Assembly (NCBI RefSeq): GCF_001194135.2
Contig: NC_068995.1
Location: 19,525,347 to 19,589,346, forward strand
Origin: Octopus bimaculoides
Lineage: Eukaryota
Reading direction: 5' to 3'
DNA length: 64,000 nt
Numbering within the stretch: position 1 is the first letter of the stretch; the number at the start of each line of letters is the position of its first letter. The notes under the pieces were generated by a model. It made no database searches and had not been told where the DNA came from. It was given only the letters and a program-made list of their open reading frames with translations. Positions 13,502 to 26,499 of the stretch are shown here, piece by piece. The position numbers and the translations under genes were made by a program.

Positions 13502-14574
13502 ACATATGGGTGTGTATGTGTATTCATAGACATTAGACGATGAATGTGAAAGAAGGCACTTGATTATGCCATTCTCTGTCCCGAGTTAAAATACTCCTTC
13601 TGTTCAAGTCACGTTTCGGTTTTCGCGCATCAGGGAAATAAGTGACATTCTAGTACCAGTGGGGATTAAATCGGCTTCGTCCTGTTTCATCAATTTGTTA
13701 CTTTTGTAGTAAAGTTGGAAATCAATGCAGATATTCCACGAATGACGAATATAGAATATATTTTCTATTGAATACTGATTTTTAATAAGTTGTTGTTTCT
13801 GAAAACGTCTCTCCCATGTCAAGATACAAATTTATTTCATAAAATCGGAAAACGGGAAGAATATCAATAATACAATAAAGATATAAGTCTAACGTTTCGA
13901 GTGCACAGAAGGAAAAATGCTTTTTTTTTTTCTAATCATATTAATAGGCAAACTATGTCCCAATATAATTGATTTTTTTTTTGTTTTTTTTTGTTTTGTT
14001 TGAGGATCAATAAACAGAGCTAGGGTAGGTAATGCCTTGATCATTAATAAAATGAGGTTGGATGGCAGAATTTTGTGAGGAATAATGTTCAAGTGTGAAC
14101 AGGACAATATTTTGTTCTTTTTTTTTAACTCAAAGTATTATGTACAAGTTGCCTGCATTTTGGGAGCTATTTGCAATAGGCAAGTTGGAGTAAAACTAGT
14201 GCGTCTATATTTTGAGCAATTATAAAACGACTTCCTTAAATACATTTGCACGTGATCATAAAATTACCGCTCTGGAGTGCAAATGTTTCCTAAAGCACTT
14301 CATACTTCCCAACTTGCATAAAATAAAACTAAGGGTCATTTGGTCAGTTAATAGAATCTAAAAACAATATCATGAAAGAGATATGAATCCAACTTGTACA
14401 AATCGCAACTTCTCAAATCGGCCAGTTATAGCCATTATCTTCAAAATCTGTTATCCAACGTTTCCCCGCACTTACTTCCTGAAACGTTTCGCTGCTTACT
14501 ATACTTATAAATCTACAATACTAATAAGAAAGAAAACACTGGTACATCGTCGGTTACGACAACATATGTTTTAG

Positions 14575-14861
14575 TTGATCCGTTCATTTGAACAGCCTGG
14601 TCGTGAATTTAATGTGCAAGTGACTGGGACACTCCGCACACAGGTGTACGCCTTACGTAGGTGTCTGGCAGATTCAGTGTGACAGAGAACTTGACAAGGC
14701 TGGCCCTTTCAATTACGGGTACAACTCAGTTGTGTCAGCTGAGTGGAGTGGAGCAACGTGAAATAAAATATCTTGCTCAAGGACACAACGGACTGCGACA
14801 ATCGACCTCACAACCTTACGATCTAGAATTGAATACCCTAACCACTAGGCCACGCGTCTTC
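14575..14861 (-). mobile_element. tRNA-derived SINE family C
   Basis: Minus-strand head gaagacgcgtggcctagtggttaggg (A-box-like), then ttgtgtccttgagcaag...ttgctccactccactcagctg; shares its body with 63400-63635. Confidence 0.85.
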
Positions 14862-14948
14862 AAAATAAGAAAGGGACAATTACAATAGCACATATCATTT
14901 TATTATAATGATCAGAAGAAGAATAATTGAAATAACACACGCAGTTTA

Positions 14949-17011
14949 TTAATGTGATCCCTGTAGTTGATGAACATGAGAAAGTTTTGTAATATTTGGT
15001 TCTAAATTTTGCGAAAGAGATCATAAAACCCACGCAGTACTACATTCATTCGGTTTCTATTCTTCATCAAAATTTGATTTCCTGTCCTAAAACATTTTCC
15101 CACCATGAAGTAGAATGTAAAAGCAATAAAATTAGATTGGATTCCTTCAACAGTTAGGATATTACTGACGACATTGGAACCATATTTAATACAGTTTTTG
15201 ATTTTCAGAAATCTTTATTTCTTCATCATATTGTGAATCAATGTTTGGCTCCTCTGAATCAATTTTTTTGTTCTATTTTGAACACAAATGTGATTTTCAT
15301 CCAGTTAAGAATTCTTGGTTTAATTAAATCATTAAAAGTTCACTCAAATATTCCTTTGATTGTCGCAAATGTGTTGAGTAGGTCCTCAGACTATCATCTG
15401 TAAATTATTTTGAAAGGATCTTCATTGATGGAAGCTGACAAAAATCCCTTCGGCCACTGTTTCGCGTGTACAATTCAATGTTACTTACAAACATGCTGAC
15501 TACATTCTGTGCGTGTTTCAAATTTAAATTGTCTCCTTGCATTTGCATATTCACAGTATTCGCCTTGCAACAAATTAAAGTACATCTCTACGAATATAGT
15601 CAATGCATTTAGCTAGTTAACCATAACGATTTATAGGTAAAAATTCGGCAACTTGAAGAAATATATCGGACTTCAATGTCGGCAAGTAATGTTTCAACTT
15701 TCTTCATATACCACAAAATTGATAGGGTAGCTTAATGTTTAAAACCTGAATCTTTATTTTCTTGTGGTTGTAAATCATCTACTCACAAACTGTCTCAAAG
15801 TAATGCAGATGAATTACACAGTGAACAGCCAACAGACAAGACACTTCTTTTCCATATATGATTCGAAAGCTCCAACTGTCACAGATCGTGTACCATCAGT
15901 TACCCTTTTTACTTGCTTCAGTCATTTGACTGAAGCCATGCTGGAGCACCGCCTTTAGTCGAGCAAATCGACCCCAGGACTTATTCTTTATAAGCCTAGT
16001 ACTTATTCTATCGGGATCTTTTGCTGAACCGCTAAGTTACGGGACGTAAACACACCAGCATCGGTTGTCAAGCGATGTTGGGGGAACAAACACAGACGCA
16101 CAAACACACATATATATATACATATACATATATACGACGGGCTTCTTTCAGTTTCTGTCTACCAAATCCACTCACAAGGCTTTAGTCGGCCCGATGATAT
16201 AGTAGAAGACACTTGCCCAAGGTGCCACGCAGTGGGACTGAACCCTGAACCATGTGGTTGATAAGCAAGCTACTTACTTCACAGCCACTCCACGATACCA
16301 TTTTATGATATGTATTTTTTTTTTTTTTTGGTGGGTGGGTTTCTTAACTTCGAGGTACTATTTTTTTCTTAAAGAAACTTTAAAAATTGCTTCTCCCTTT
16401 GTATCTGTTATCAATGATTTAGAACCATTTCTTCAAAGACTTTCTTTTCTTCAACAAAAAAGACTATATGTCATTAAAAATGCTTGATATGTTTATAATT
16501 GATTTGTCAAGTTATATGCTAAACACTCTCTTTCTAAGTTCCATGCACAACAGATTTTCAGTAACCTCATCTATTTCATCTCTGTGGAGAGAAACAGTAC
16601 TATTCCTAAAAAAAGAATCGATTTTAAAATATTTGTATCAACTTTAGGGATGGTGGCAAGAATTTTAGATACTGAGGATACTATTAGCACATTTGGAATA
16701 ACGTGTTGACTTCCACATTTAACAATTAGCTGTGATATATTGCATGGAGCGATGTGACAACTGTCAAATTTTAAATTAGGTCATTATTATCATATCTAGT
16801 TTACGGCGTCATTAAAATGTCTGAATTCTTCAGAAAATGCCGAAACTTCGTTTCTTTGTATCTTCAATGGCTATCAGGAGAGTTGTTCAAGAATTGATCT
16901 GGACTACATTATTTAAGATCAGATTGAACAGACAGAAATAACGAGAGTACAGATGGGACATTCATCAGTCGATAAAGATGATAAGAAAATATTTTCAATC
17001 CAGTATTCCAT
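14949..17011 (-). mobile_element. hAT (Buster/Charlie, ZBED5/SCAND3-like) transposase fossil interrupted by a SINE
   Basis: Ordered minus-strand motifs with stops and frameshifts: CPIC (BED-like), NISQLIVKCG...KILATI..., NSTV...ELRKRVFSI*LDKS, TDTKGEAIF, TDG, VHCVIH, NMQMQGDNLNL...GRRDFCQLPS, ending LEPNITKLSHVHQLQGSH* at 14949. TIRs not found. Confidence 0.85.
15905..16291 (-). mobile_element. tRNA-derived SINE family A, near full length
   Basis: Minus-strand head ggagtggctgtg...ggttcagggttcagtcccactgcgtggcaccttgggcaagtgtc with A- and B-box-like motifs, an internal CA/TA tract, and a body shared with 10170, 37195, 41040 and 53170. Confidence 0.92.
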
Positions 17012-18649
17012 ACGGAAATTAACAAACTAAAGACAAGAATTTTCAAATATTACAGCGTTGTGAAATATTAACTGTTGAAAGCAGCTACCAGTTTATCTAG
17101 ATTTAGTACTGCAGAATAAGTTTTGTTATCCTACAAAGATAATGACTATCAACATCGTTAGCATAGGGCTCATAACTATGCGAAACTCATGAAAATCAGA
17201 GAAATAACGCATTTACAATGTAATGTCATGCATCATTTCATAATTTGCTAGAATTTTATTGATGGTCTATAAACACATATATTTGCACTGATTTCATTTA
17301 CCAATTTATTGTCTTGCATATCTGATAGAACCAAAATGTTTATATATTTAAGATCGGGTCGCTGATAATCCGTCTCACTCAGTGCAGAACAAACTTTACT
17401 AAAATATATTCTTTTTGCATTACATTAATTGCATTACGTGCAGTAGTTGCATGTTTCCGATTGAAACATATTTAATTACATTTAAACATTTAGTGTTTTA
17501 CAATGTGGTGACATCTTACATTCTTCCGTTTCTCCACTAACTAAATACAAAACATTGCACGCTGTATCTAGTCATATATTTAACAGAGAAAGTTTGAAAA
17601 TTAGGTTAAGATGTTGTAAAAGCAAATGGTATAAATCTAAACAGATTAGTTGATTAAGTCATTTTAAACATAAAACTGTTATAGAGTAATTAGATCTTGC
17701 ATTTAAATCAACTGACGAAATAGTTTCAGCTTTATCAAACATCCTCGGGAAAGCATATAATGTACATCTGGCAGCATTGTATGTGACCAAAACAGAGACG
17801 CAGATAATGAATATCAACAATATGGCTGAGGAAAAGTACCCCAGGAGAGCGTTTTGCATACTTAATGCTCATACGTACTTCCTCTCAGCCATATTGTAAA
17901 TAAAATATAATTAAAACTAGAATAGACAGTTTTCTCATTAGTAGTTTATTTGGTCCCTTGAGACTTAATACAGCATCAAAAGATCCTTTTAACATCAACA
18001 TGTTTGCTTTAATGAGATATAATTGTATCTATTAATGTCTTGTGCACCATCAATAAATTTTACACTTTCTGTATTGCGTGCAGCAAAGTGTGTTATATTT
18101 TCACCAAATTGGGGCCACGACAGTTTCGATTCTAGGTTGAAATTATTTCAGAAGAATCATACTACTAATTATATTTTATGAGAGAACATCATGAATGACT
18201 GCTTCTCATTATTCTTCGCTTCCAAAATTTAGAGGTTTTGTTTCAAACGGAGAAAACAAAAGTTACAGCCTTCGATGTGTGCTACAATCTTTTCATCAAG
18301 AAATTCCAGATTTGGATTCTTGTTCTGTTTTTCATATGTGTCATACAACTCCTGGAAAACATGTGAAGTTCCAAATATTTTCTTTTGGGGTAAAATAGCA
18401 TAAATATCCTTAATTCGATATACAGTACTCCAGTGAATCGGACCAGCCACTACACAATCTTCCATTTCAAATGTTTTTGTTTGTTTTTCATTAGCACCGT
18501 CACAGTACTCCAACGCTACTCTGCTCCTGTTAACATCAACATTGAAGGGAACAGCACCAGAACTTGAGTATATATGTGTGTGTGTGAGTGTGTGTGTGTA
18601 TGTTTGTGTGTGCGTGCGCGCGTTTGTTTATCTATATATATACATTGTT

Positions 18650-18900
18650 TATCTCTTCATCAATTCTCCCACTCTGCCCAGTATTTCTGGGAAGTTCGTG
18701 GGGGTAGTGCCCTCGGGCATTCTTCCATAGGTTCCTATCAGAGGCAACAGTCATTACACTTTCTGGATGGAATCCCCAAGTGTGACCAACTGAGATTATG
18801 GATATTATCCAATCATTTTGTTTTAAGTCAACTCTAAGGTCTCCATCCGGTTGGTGCAGCTTAAAGAATCTGTCTTCCGATTCCTTCCTGCTACATTCTA
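18650..18900 (-). mobile_element. RTE-like LINE 3' fragment
   Basis: DWIISII...VMTVASDRNLWKN resembles the RTE C-terminal W..D...A.DR..W pattern. Confidence 0.45.
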
Positions 18901-19074
18901 ATAAACGACCCGTAAAACCGGAGCTGTGAACTCTCAACTTGAAAGAGCACAGAACGAAACCATGTAAGACTAACATTGCTGTTGTTGTTGTTGTTATATG
19001 TAGCATAAGCATAAGAAATATAATTTGTGAGCGTAGTCAGTCGCTACCATTGAAATTCGCAGCTGAGTGGGACT

Positions 19075-19325
19075 TTAGTCTATTGACCATGATGGCTTGA
19101 AAGGCAAAGTTGACGGCAGCGAGATTTGAATGTAGGATAAAAGAAAATGGAGCAAATACTACACGGTATTTTTTCGAAGCTCAAACGATTCTGCAACATC
19201 CCTGCATTTCCAATAATTATAATAATTTCAAATGTTGGCCCAAGGCTAGCAATTCTGAGGAGGAGGTAAATCGGCCCTAATGTTCAACTGGTACTTGTTT
19301 TATCGGCCTTGAAAGAATGCAAGCG
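19075..19325 (-). mobile_element. Two decayed SINE family B fragments
   Basis: gaaaggcaaagttgacggcagcgagatttgaa and tttcaaatgttggcccaaggctagcaatt...caactggtactt match other B copies. Confidence 0.7.
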
Positions 19326-19842
19326 CTTAGTTCGTCCTGAATATTCAAGCTAAGTGCTGCTAAAATGAGAAATACCTGTGTTCGAGAAACAAAGCAGACC
19401 TAATTTGGCTTCGTTGCTATGTTGCACCTTTCCCATTCGGGTTTATTGGACGACTTTTATCCCCTCCTATCATAGAACAAGCACCATTATCTCTCAAAAG
19501 GAGCTTCGATGCTTTACGTTGGAGAATATGCCAAGGACGAATTTTACTTTGTGCGCGTTAGTTGCTATAACCTTCCTCGCGCCTCTTTTAAGTTTTTAAC
19601 TAAGTTTCCCTCTATTCTAGTTTTCTGTATGGCCAAAACCTTAGTAGGCCTTAACGATTTTCCTCTGATCATTCTTTCCAAGATGGACCACAAATTTTGC
19701 TGACGATATACAATGTCAATATCTACTTATCTAATTCGCTAATATCTCTAAACATACGAAGTCTGTATATAATTATAAACATGTACGTGTATATACATAC
19801 ATACACACACAAACAAACGCTCACACACACGCACGCACACAT

Positions 19843-19877
<35 letters not shown>

Positions 19878-22089
19878 CACATATATATATATTATACACA
19901 AGATTCATATTATGAGACCAGGCATCTTTATTTTGTCAAGACAACGATATATAGCGCAATCATATGCCCACTCGCGCATACACACACACGCACACACACA
20001 CGCACACACACACACACACACACACGCACACACTCTCTCTCTCACACACACGCACATACACAAACACACACACATACAGGTATGCATGTAAGAAATTGAA
20101 TGCTGCTGTAAAGTCGAATCTACAGTGCACCGGATTAGACAACGTCCAACAGGTACTGTTTACGATCTAGTAGACTTTTCATTTTGTCTTTCCAGGATGA
20201 ATGAAATGAACATATTTAATGGATTAACTTTTCATTTAAAAAGAACTGAATACTTCCACCGAGTCTAATCTTGTTTAACCTTTACAGAAGTTTCCTTATA
20301 ACTAATCGTCAGTAACAAAGATTATAGAACTTCACAAGAAATTAGGAAATATTTTCAGCCCCTAATTAAAGCAATTTTTCTCCAACTACGCTGTGAATGT
20401 CCATAAAAAAAAACTTAGCAAGACTTACATACTTTTGTTATGCATGTATTGAGCACAGTTGATTAGAAAACGGACGCATGGTTGTAAATTTTTGTGATTG
20501 AGTTCTTGTTTGAAACTAGTTTCAATTTCCTTACATGGTTCGAAATTAGTTCCAGTCCCTTTATATTTACACTCCTTACCACTCAGTTGTAAGGAGTATA
20601 AATAACAAATTCCCATTTATTCTCCTCTAAAACATAAGTTCTCTTCTCGTGATCAGGGACAAACAATATGTTTATTGTGTGCATAGTTTCTTGCTGTTTC
20701 CCTGTTGTCTAATTTTAAATAAATGATACTGTTATTGCTACGAACTTTCTTGTCAATTTGCCAATCTTCTAAAGCGAGACATCACAGTGAGTGAAATAAA
20801 TTGCCTTCGTAGCTAATCAAGTGACAACCATGAGAATAACACTGATTAATTACTTAGTTTTCTCCTCCAAGTTACGTGCATTGAGGTTGCTAATTATTCA
20901 TCAACGCATTTCGGTGCCGGGGTCGAAATGTTGGTTCATCAGTGACCCTTAATATCACTTATATCACGCAAATACAATGACGTCCATTCTTTAGTTGGGT
21001 AAAACTAGACATTTATTGTGAAAATGCCTGGCAGAAAAATCAATGTCGTTGAAACAAAACAATATCCTAACGAAAATTTAATGTTGTTTCGCGTTACTTA
21101 TCTACAGTAATATTCATTGATTGTTCTTTTTAATGATAGCAAATGCCCTAGTGTTTAACAAAAAAGGAACAGGAGTTAATGTGACATTCATGAATATCCC
21201 CCAAAACATAAAAACATCGAAATTAAAAAATTACTTACAGGGAAAATGAGAACGGGGATGTTATGTTGAAACATGTACATTTTCGTGCTGCTTTCCAAGA
21301 CCAACATAATAATTGTCTTCAAACCCAAGCTCTAACTCATTATCATAACCTAGATTCATTACATAGAAAAGAATTCCGTGTTATTTTTAAAATTAAATTA
21401 CTTTCAAATTGATCGTTTCTTTCAGCACAAAGTGAGATAGCTGAACTAGATAATTTCATGATATTGTTACTAAGTTGATTTATTGCTAGAGATAATAAGA
21501 TATCAGAAGTTTATGGGGCCATCCCAGTGACCAGTACAATGAAATACTCAATATTCCAGTCTGTGTAAATTCAAGTAAGTACCCCATGAGACATATTTCC
21601 TCATTATACTACCAGGAGAACATTCTATTTCAGAAATCATTTATTAGCTTGCAGTACTCATTTTTCTAATTCCTGAGGCAAAAATATATCGTTTCATAGA
21701 TCCTAACCTCAAGCTAAAGAAACTAGTATGAACTTGTCCAGTATACTACCAAAGGGCGTTAAGGAAAATTTTATTTTAGAGGGGTTTTAAGATTTCCAAC
21801 ATTTTTGTAGGCTTTTGTTTTTGTGATTCCACCTTCACCGTTGCCAGTGCTATGCCCTACTTGGTGAACTTCTCATGTACTGACTTTTTCATGTTCAAAT
21901 AATTTCACTTCTAAGAAAACATTTACATAAGTATTAATATCGCAATTCCAATTTATCAGATTTTCAATTTGATAATGTCAAATATATTTTGAAGATTATG
22001 TCAGATCATTCAGAGTCAAAAACTACTGACGCACTCTTGTCTTGTTTCGAATCCAACTGTCTCGTTCATAAATATATAACATATTTGTT

Positions 22090-22515
22090 ATTGGTTTCAA
22101 AATTTTGGCACAAGGCCAGCAGTTTTAGAGGAGAGGCTTAGTCGATTTCATCGACACCAGTACTCAACTACTACTTATTTTATCGACACCGAAAGGATGA
22201 AAGGCAAAGCTGACTTCGGCGTATTTCGAACTCAGAGCGTACATGAAATGCCGCTAGGCATTTCGCCTGGCGTGCTAACAGTTCTTATTTCTTTATTGCC
22301 CACAAGGGGCTAAACATAGAGGGGACAAACAAGGACAGACAAAGGGATCAAGTCGATTACATCGACTCCAGTGCGTAACTGGTACTTAATTTATCGACCC
22401 CGAAAGGATGAAAGGCAAAGCCGACCTCGGCGAAGTTTGAACTCAGAACGTAACGGCAGACGAAATACCGCTAAGCATTTCGCCCGGCGTGCTAACAATT
22501 CTGCCAGCTGGCAGC
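22090..22515 (-). mobile_element. Two tandem SINE family B copies
   Basis: 22090-22285 and 22286-22515 both match the reverse complement of 42776-43004 and carry different tail variants. Confidence 0.93.
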
Positions 22516-22537
22516 ATTATAATATACTTAATATTAG

Positions 22538-22676
22538 CTCTCAGATTTACGTTCTGATTTCAAATTCCAAGGTCAGCTTTACTGTTTATTTTTCTAGGGT
22601 CGATAAAATAAGTACCAGTTGAGTACTGCGTTCGATGTAAGCGACTTAGCCCCGTCCCCCAAAATTTGAAACCAGT
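22538..22676 (+). mobile_element. SINE family B copy, inverted relative to 22090-22515
   Basis: cgttctgatttcaaattcc...gggtcgataaaataagtaccagttgagtactg...aaaatttgaaacca. Confidence 0.85.
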
Positions 22677-25097
22677 ATTAGCGCTCAAATTTCTAACTGG
22701 AGGCATAATACTTCACTAGCAACTCCTACCGTATTTAGACAGTGTCGAATGAAATTAAAGCAGCATACCGGATTTAAAATCTATAACAATGGTGTTTTGA
22801 CTGCAAAAACCTCTTAGTTGACCTTATATTATTTTTAATAAAATAGATATATTATACTACGGTGATTTATCTACATGCATCGTAGTCCCTATGACAAAAT
22901 AGAAACTGACTTATGAGAGGACGATACACTGAAAGTGCTATTGCATTTCATGGAATTCATCACACTGGATAGCATTTCCCTTCTTCTCAATTTGGTTATG
23001 GAGGTGGTTCCGCGATCATGATACCACATATTTCCACCACAACAGATTCGAAAAACATTGCTAGCGATCTCAGCTCTGTCATGCTAGGAGGCTTGGTTCT
23101 GGCATCAACATTTGCAAGTTGCTCTGAAACTGAATCGTTGTGGATCACATCCTAGATTAAAGACTTACACTTCAGAAGAGAATGATTGCTGAAACATCAC
23201 TTTTTCTGATGGACCCTCAGTTTGATATCACTTTTGAAGGTTGCGAAAGAAAATGAGATGCATTTATAACACGCATCACAATATTATTGTCAAATTATTG
23301 TTAATAATGTTGATGATGTAGTAACGGTCAAGTATTTAACTTAGTTTTCATTTTTTGGAGAAAGGGCAAATTCCACAATAGTGATGACGTTTTAAGAATC
23401 GTCTTGAAAAGTATTCAGCATTACATTAAAAGGCATTATTATTACTATTAACAGAGTTTGGGGCTTCGTATCATGATGACATAGTGAAAAATTGGGAAGG
23501 AGTCCATTCGATGACATACTGATAATCATTGACAATTGAAGATGTAACTGATAGCACATTGATGATTCATTGATGTACTTTTGATCATTTGTCGATGACA
23601 TAGTGATTTATCGGTGATTTTATTGTTGAAGATATGAATGAGATATTGTCGACTTATTGATGACTTATTGATCATGATATTGATGGTTTAATTATGATGA
23701 ATCACTCATATTTCTGATGACTTATTTATGTTTTCCTTCTGACACATTTATGATTTATTACATGTAGAACATCATTAACCCTAACGCTAATTCAACATAA
23801 ACTAGTTGAAATTTTGCTTAATTACATTTTTTATCGTTTGAGTTACAGATATTGTTACAAAAATAATATCACTTTTACTACAGTTATATATTTTTTCTTG
23901 TTTTGTCTTCTATGGCGTTTTTCCTTTCTGGTTGATATCCATTTTCCATCGAATGATACTATTTCCTGTCAATGCTACAGCTATCGCCTATTAGATCACT
24001 AATCTTATTAATACTCTACTTTTAAACATAGCCAATTGTTTAATTTAGTGTCTCTATGGTCCTATAATCAACTACACCAGCAACATCTGTACACATCGCT
24101 GTATTTACAATTCAGCAACATCATTGCTCTCTAGAAACTCCAGTGATATATCTCAAAGACATCATACGCACACACACCCCACAGATACATATACAAAACA
24201 CTCATACTACCGCTACAGAAATCATTTTCTCTTTCCGAAAAGAATAAAAACCCACCAGAAACAAGAGGACAAAGAAAATAAATAACATCAACATAAAAAG
24301 GGGCATTTAGTATCAGCTCCACATATAATATATATATGCTGTGTTTTATTCAATTATCTGTCATTAATCTACAGTGGTTTGCCATCACCAATGGCTGATC
24401 TGAGCGTCTGGGATTTATCGGAAGCATTCCCTAACTTAGTTAGCACCTGCTGTGTACGAACTGTTCTTCAAGTTTAGTTATCAACATTTGCATTCTCTCA
24501 AAATTGGACCATTATTTAATAAAGTCTCTCATCAGCTCTATACAACGTAAGTGTTTGTATGCACCAACACATATATAGCTGACTCTCACTATATACGAGT
24601 TACAACAAAAGAGAGAACAAGAGAGAGGGAGAGAAAGAGAAAGAGAGTGTATGTGTGCGTGAGAGAGAGAGAGAGAGACAGAGAGAGACAGATAGAGACA
24701 GAGAGAGAGAGAGATGAAGAGGCAATAAAAAGAAGGAAGATAGAACCATATTTAGAAACCCCCTAACAAATATAGATGATTTAACAGTGAAATAACCCTA
24801 TCACAAAAGCCAATTAGTCTTCCTTTCAAGTTTCAGAAGTCGTTTAACAACAGTTAAGCGATGCTTTCATATTGCTTCAGACTTTTTCAAAACTTATCTT
24901 CCGAGATAAAAAAAAAATTACCAAGTAAAATAAGCAAAACAAATGGGCATTCAAACGAAATCGACTTGCTCTACAAAGAAATCTGTATATTTATATAATC
25001 ATATTATATGCATATATACATGCGCAAAGTATANNNNNNNNNNNNNNNNNNNNNNNNNNNNNNNNNNNNNNNNNNNNNNNNNNNNNNNNNNNNNNNN

Positions 25098-25150
<53 letters not shown>

Positions 25151-25465
25151 ATACGTGTGTGTGTGTATGTGTGTATATATATATATATGTGAATATACAT
25201 TTGTGTATATATGTATATATATGTGTGTATATGTGTGTGTGCATGCCAAATTACCAACTAAATAAACGGATACACACACACACATATATAAACATAGATA
25301 TATATTATTTCATGAAATGTGTAAATATATACATATATGTGTATATATGCGTGTGTGTACGTTTCAGAGAGACAGAGAAACAGAGGGGGACAGCTGGACA
25401 GAGGGAGACAGAGTGAAACAGAAAGCGATCTCTTATATGAACAAATGTATATCTAAAGAGTATTA

Positions 25466-25720
25466 AATCAAATTAATCCTCTCCATCACCAATAAACATC
25501 TCATTAAAATTAACAATGTACTCACCTCATAAACGATCTTGTAAGCAACTGAACGAAGAGACCTTAACGAAGCGTACTTAGAATTAGAAAGCCAACCAGC
25601 TCCCATTACTGAGCATATACCAATCCTTAAAATACACAAGGACATTATACCTATTCCCAACCCCCGGGTATAAAAGATTACTATTGCATAATATTACAAA
25701 AACAATGAAACAACAATCCC
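25466..25720 (-). pseudogene. ND1: NUMT: diverged fragment of mitochondrial NADH dehydrogenase subunit 1
   Basis: SVMGAGWLSNSKYASLSSLRSVAYKIVYEVSTLLILMSCLL (reading AGR as Ser) matches the ND1 signature GAGW.SNSKYALLGS.RAVAQ.ISYEV. Confidence 0.88.
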
Positions 25721-26249
25721 CAATTATCTGTCATTAATCTATAGCTTCAACTGAATACATGGACGGTTCACGGATGCTGGAGATTTACTGATGCAAACTT
25801 GCTCATACAGACCTCAAATGTTCGCAATGGAAGCATTTCATCTGCTTTCTGACGTCCAGGTTAATTGCAAACTTAAACTTACTGAGAATACAAACCAGAT
25901 TGCTAGACGTCTCATTTCCCTGCCGTTAATACTCAGTCTTCATAGTCAAGTAAACATGCAGCTATGGTGTAGTATTGTAACCGCTTAGAGCTTTATTGAT
26001 TTGCTTGATGATGGACACAGCTCAGGACAATGTTATCACTGTACAAATAAGGAGGAGTTATTTGCTATCGTAGGTACTGACACATTAAGAAATCCTTCAA
26101 GCTAGAGAACAGCTTGAATGCTTGCAATAAGAAGCATAAAAGCAATGCAGTGATGTTAAGCTGGGTGATATTTTAAATATAGTCCGAAAACAAAGTGTGT
26201 CAACAAAAGATTCAGTTCAACTCTAAAGGTTTGAATCGCGGCACCTTAC

Positions 26250-26435
26250 TATTGTTGCCACTGATGACATGCAGCACCAAGAGTGTAAGGCCTCAGCCAC
26301 TCGTACGTGTGGCCTGTAACAGTCAGTGATAAGTATGCAGCTGCACACGTATATGCGACCGGTGCAAGACTTTTCAAGAAAAACAATTTGTTTCTCATAT
26401 ATTGTACCTGTTTCGTGAGGTCCTGTACCCCCATA

Positions 26436-26440
<5 letters not shown>
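26250..26440 (+). mobile_element. Short repeat with terminal G(A/T)CCTGTACCC motif abutting (TA)n
   Basis: Ends tttcgtgaggtcctgtacccccataggcat then (TA)n; same end as at 27100 and 63393; contains ctgatga at about 26260. Confidence 0.6.
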
Positions 26441-26477
<37 letters not shown>

Positions 26478-26499
26478 GATTGAACGTCACGCATCCTCT

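Noticed and set aside
16205-16291. tRNA-like heads here and at 14800-14861 and 42776-42860 as tRNA genes
   Set aside because: Each continues into a multi-copy SINE body and lacks a full cloverleaf.
17600-18130. Ankyrin-like fragments (GENITHFAARN, VDLNARSNYSIT)
   Set aside because: They lie in different frames with stops, and a neighbouring similar hit proved to be hAT sequence. Not supportable.
20895-20950. Minus-strand CUGAUGA...CGAAAUGCGU hammerhead-like string
   Set aside because: Stem II does not pair and the cleavage-site nucleotide appears missing; only an imperfect hairpin is certain.
21235-21580. Candidate exons (GYDNELELGFEDNYYVGLGK on minus; SLWGHPSDQYNEILNIPVC on plus)
   Set aside because: One has an in-frame stop before the strong donor and the other a purine-rich acceptor; no recognisable homology.
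22980-23030. QFGYGGGSAIM resembling the Tc1 GGGSVMVWG motif
   Set aside because: Single short motif with no flanking transposase similarity.
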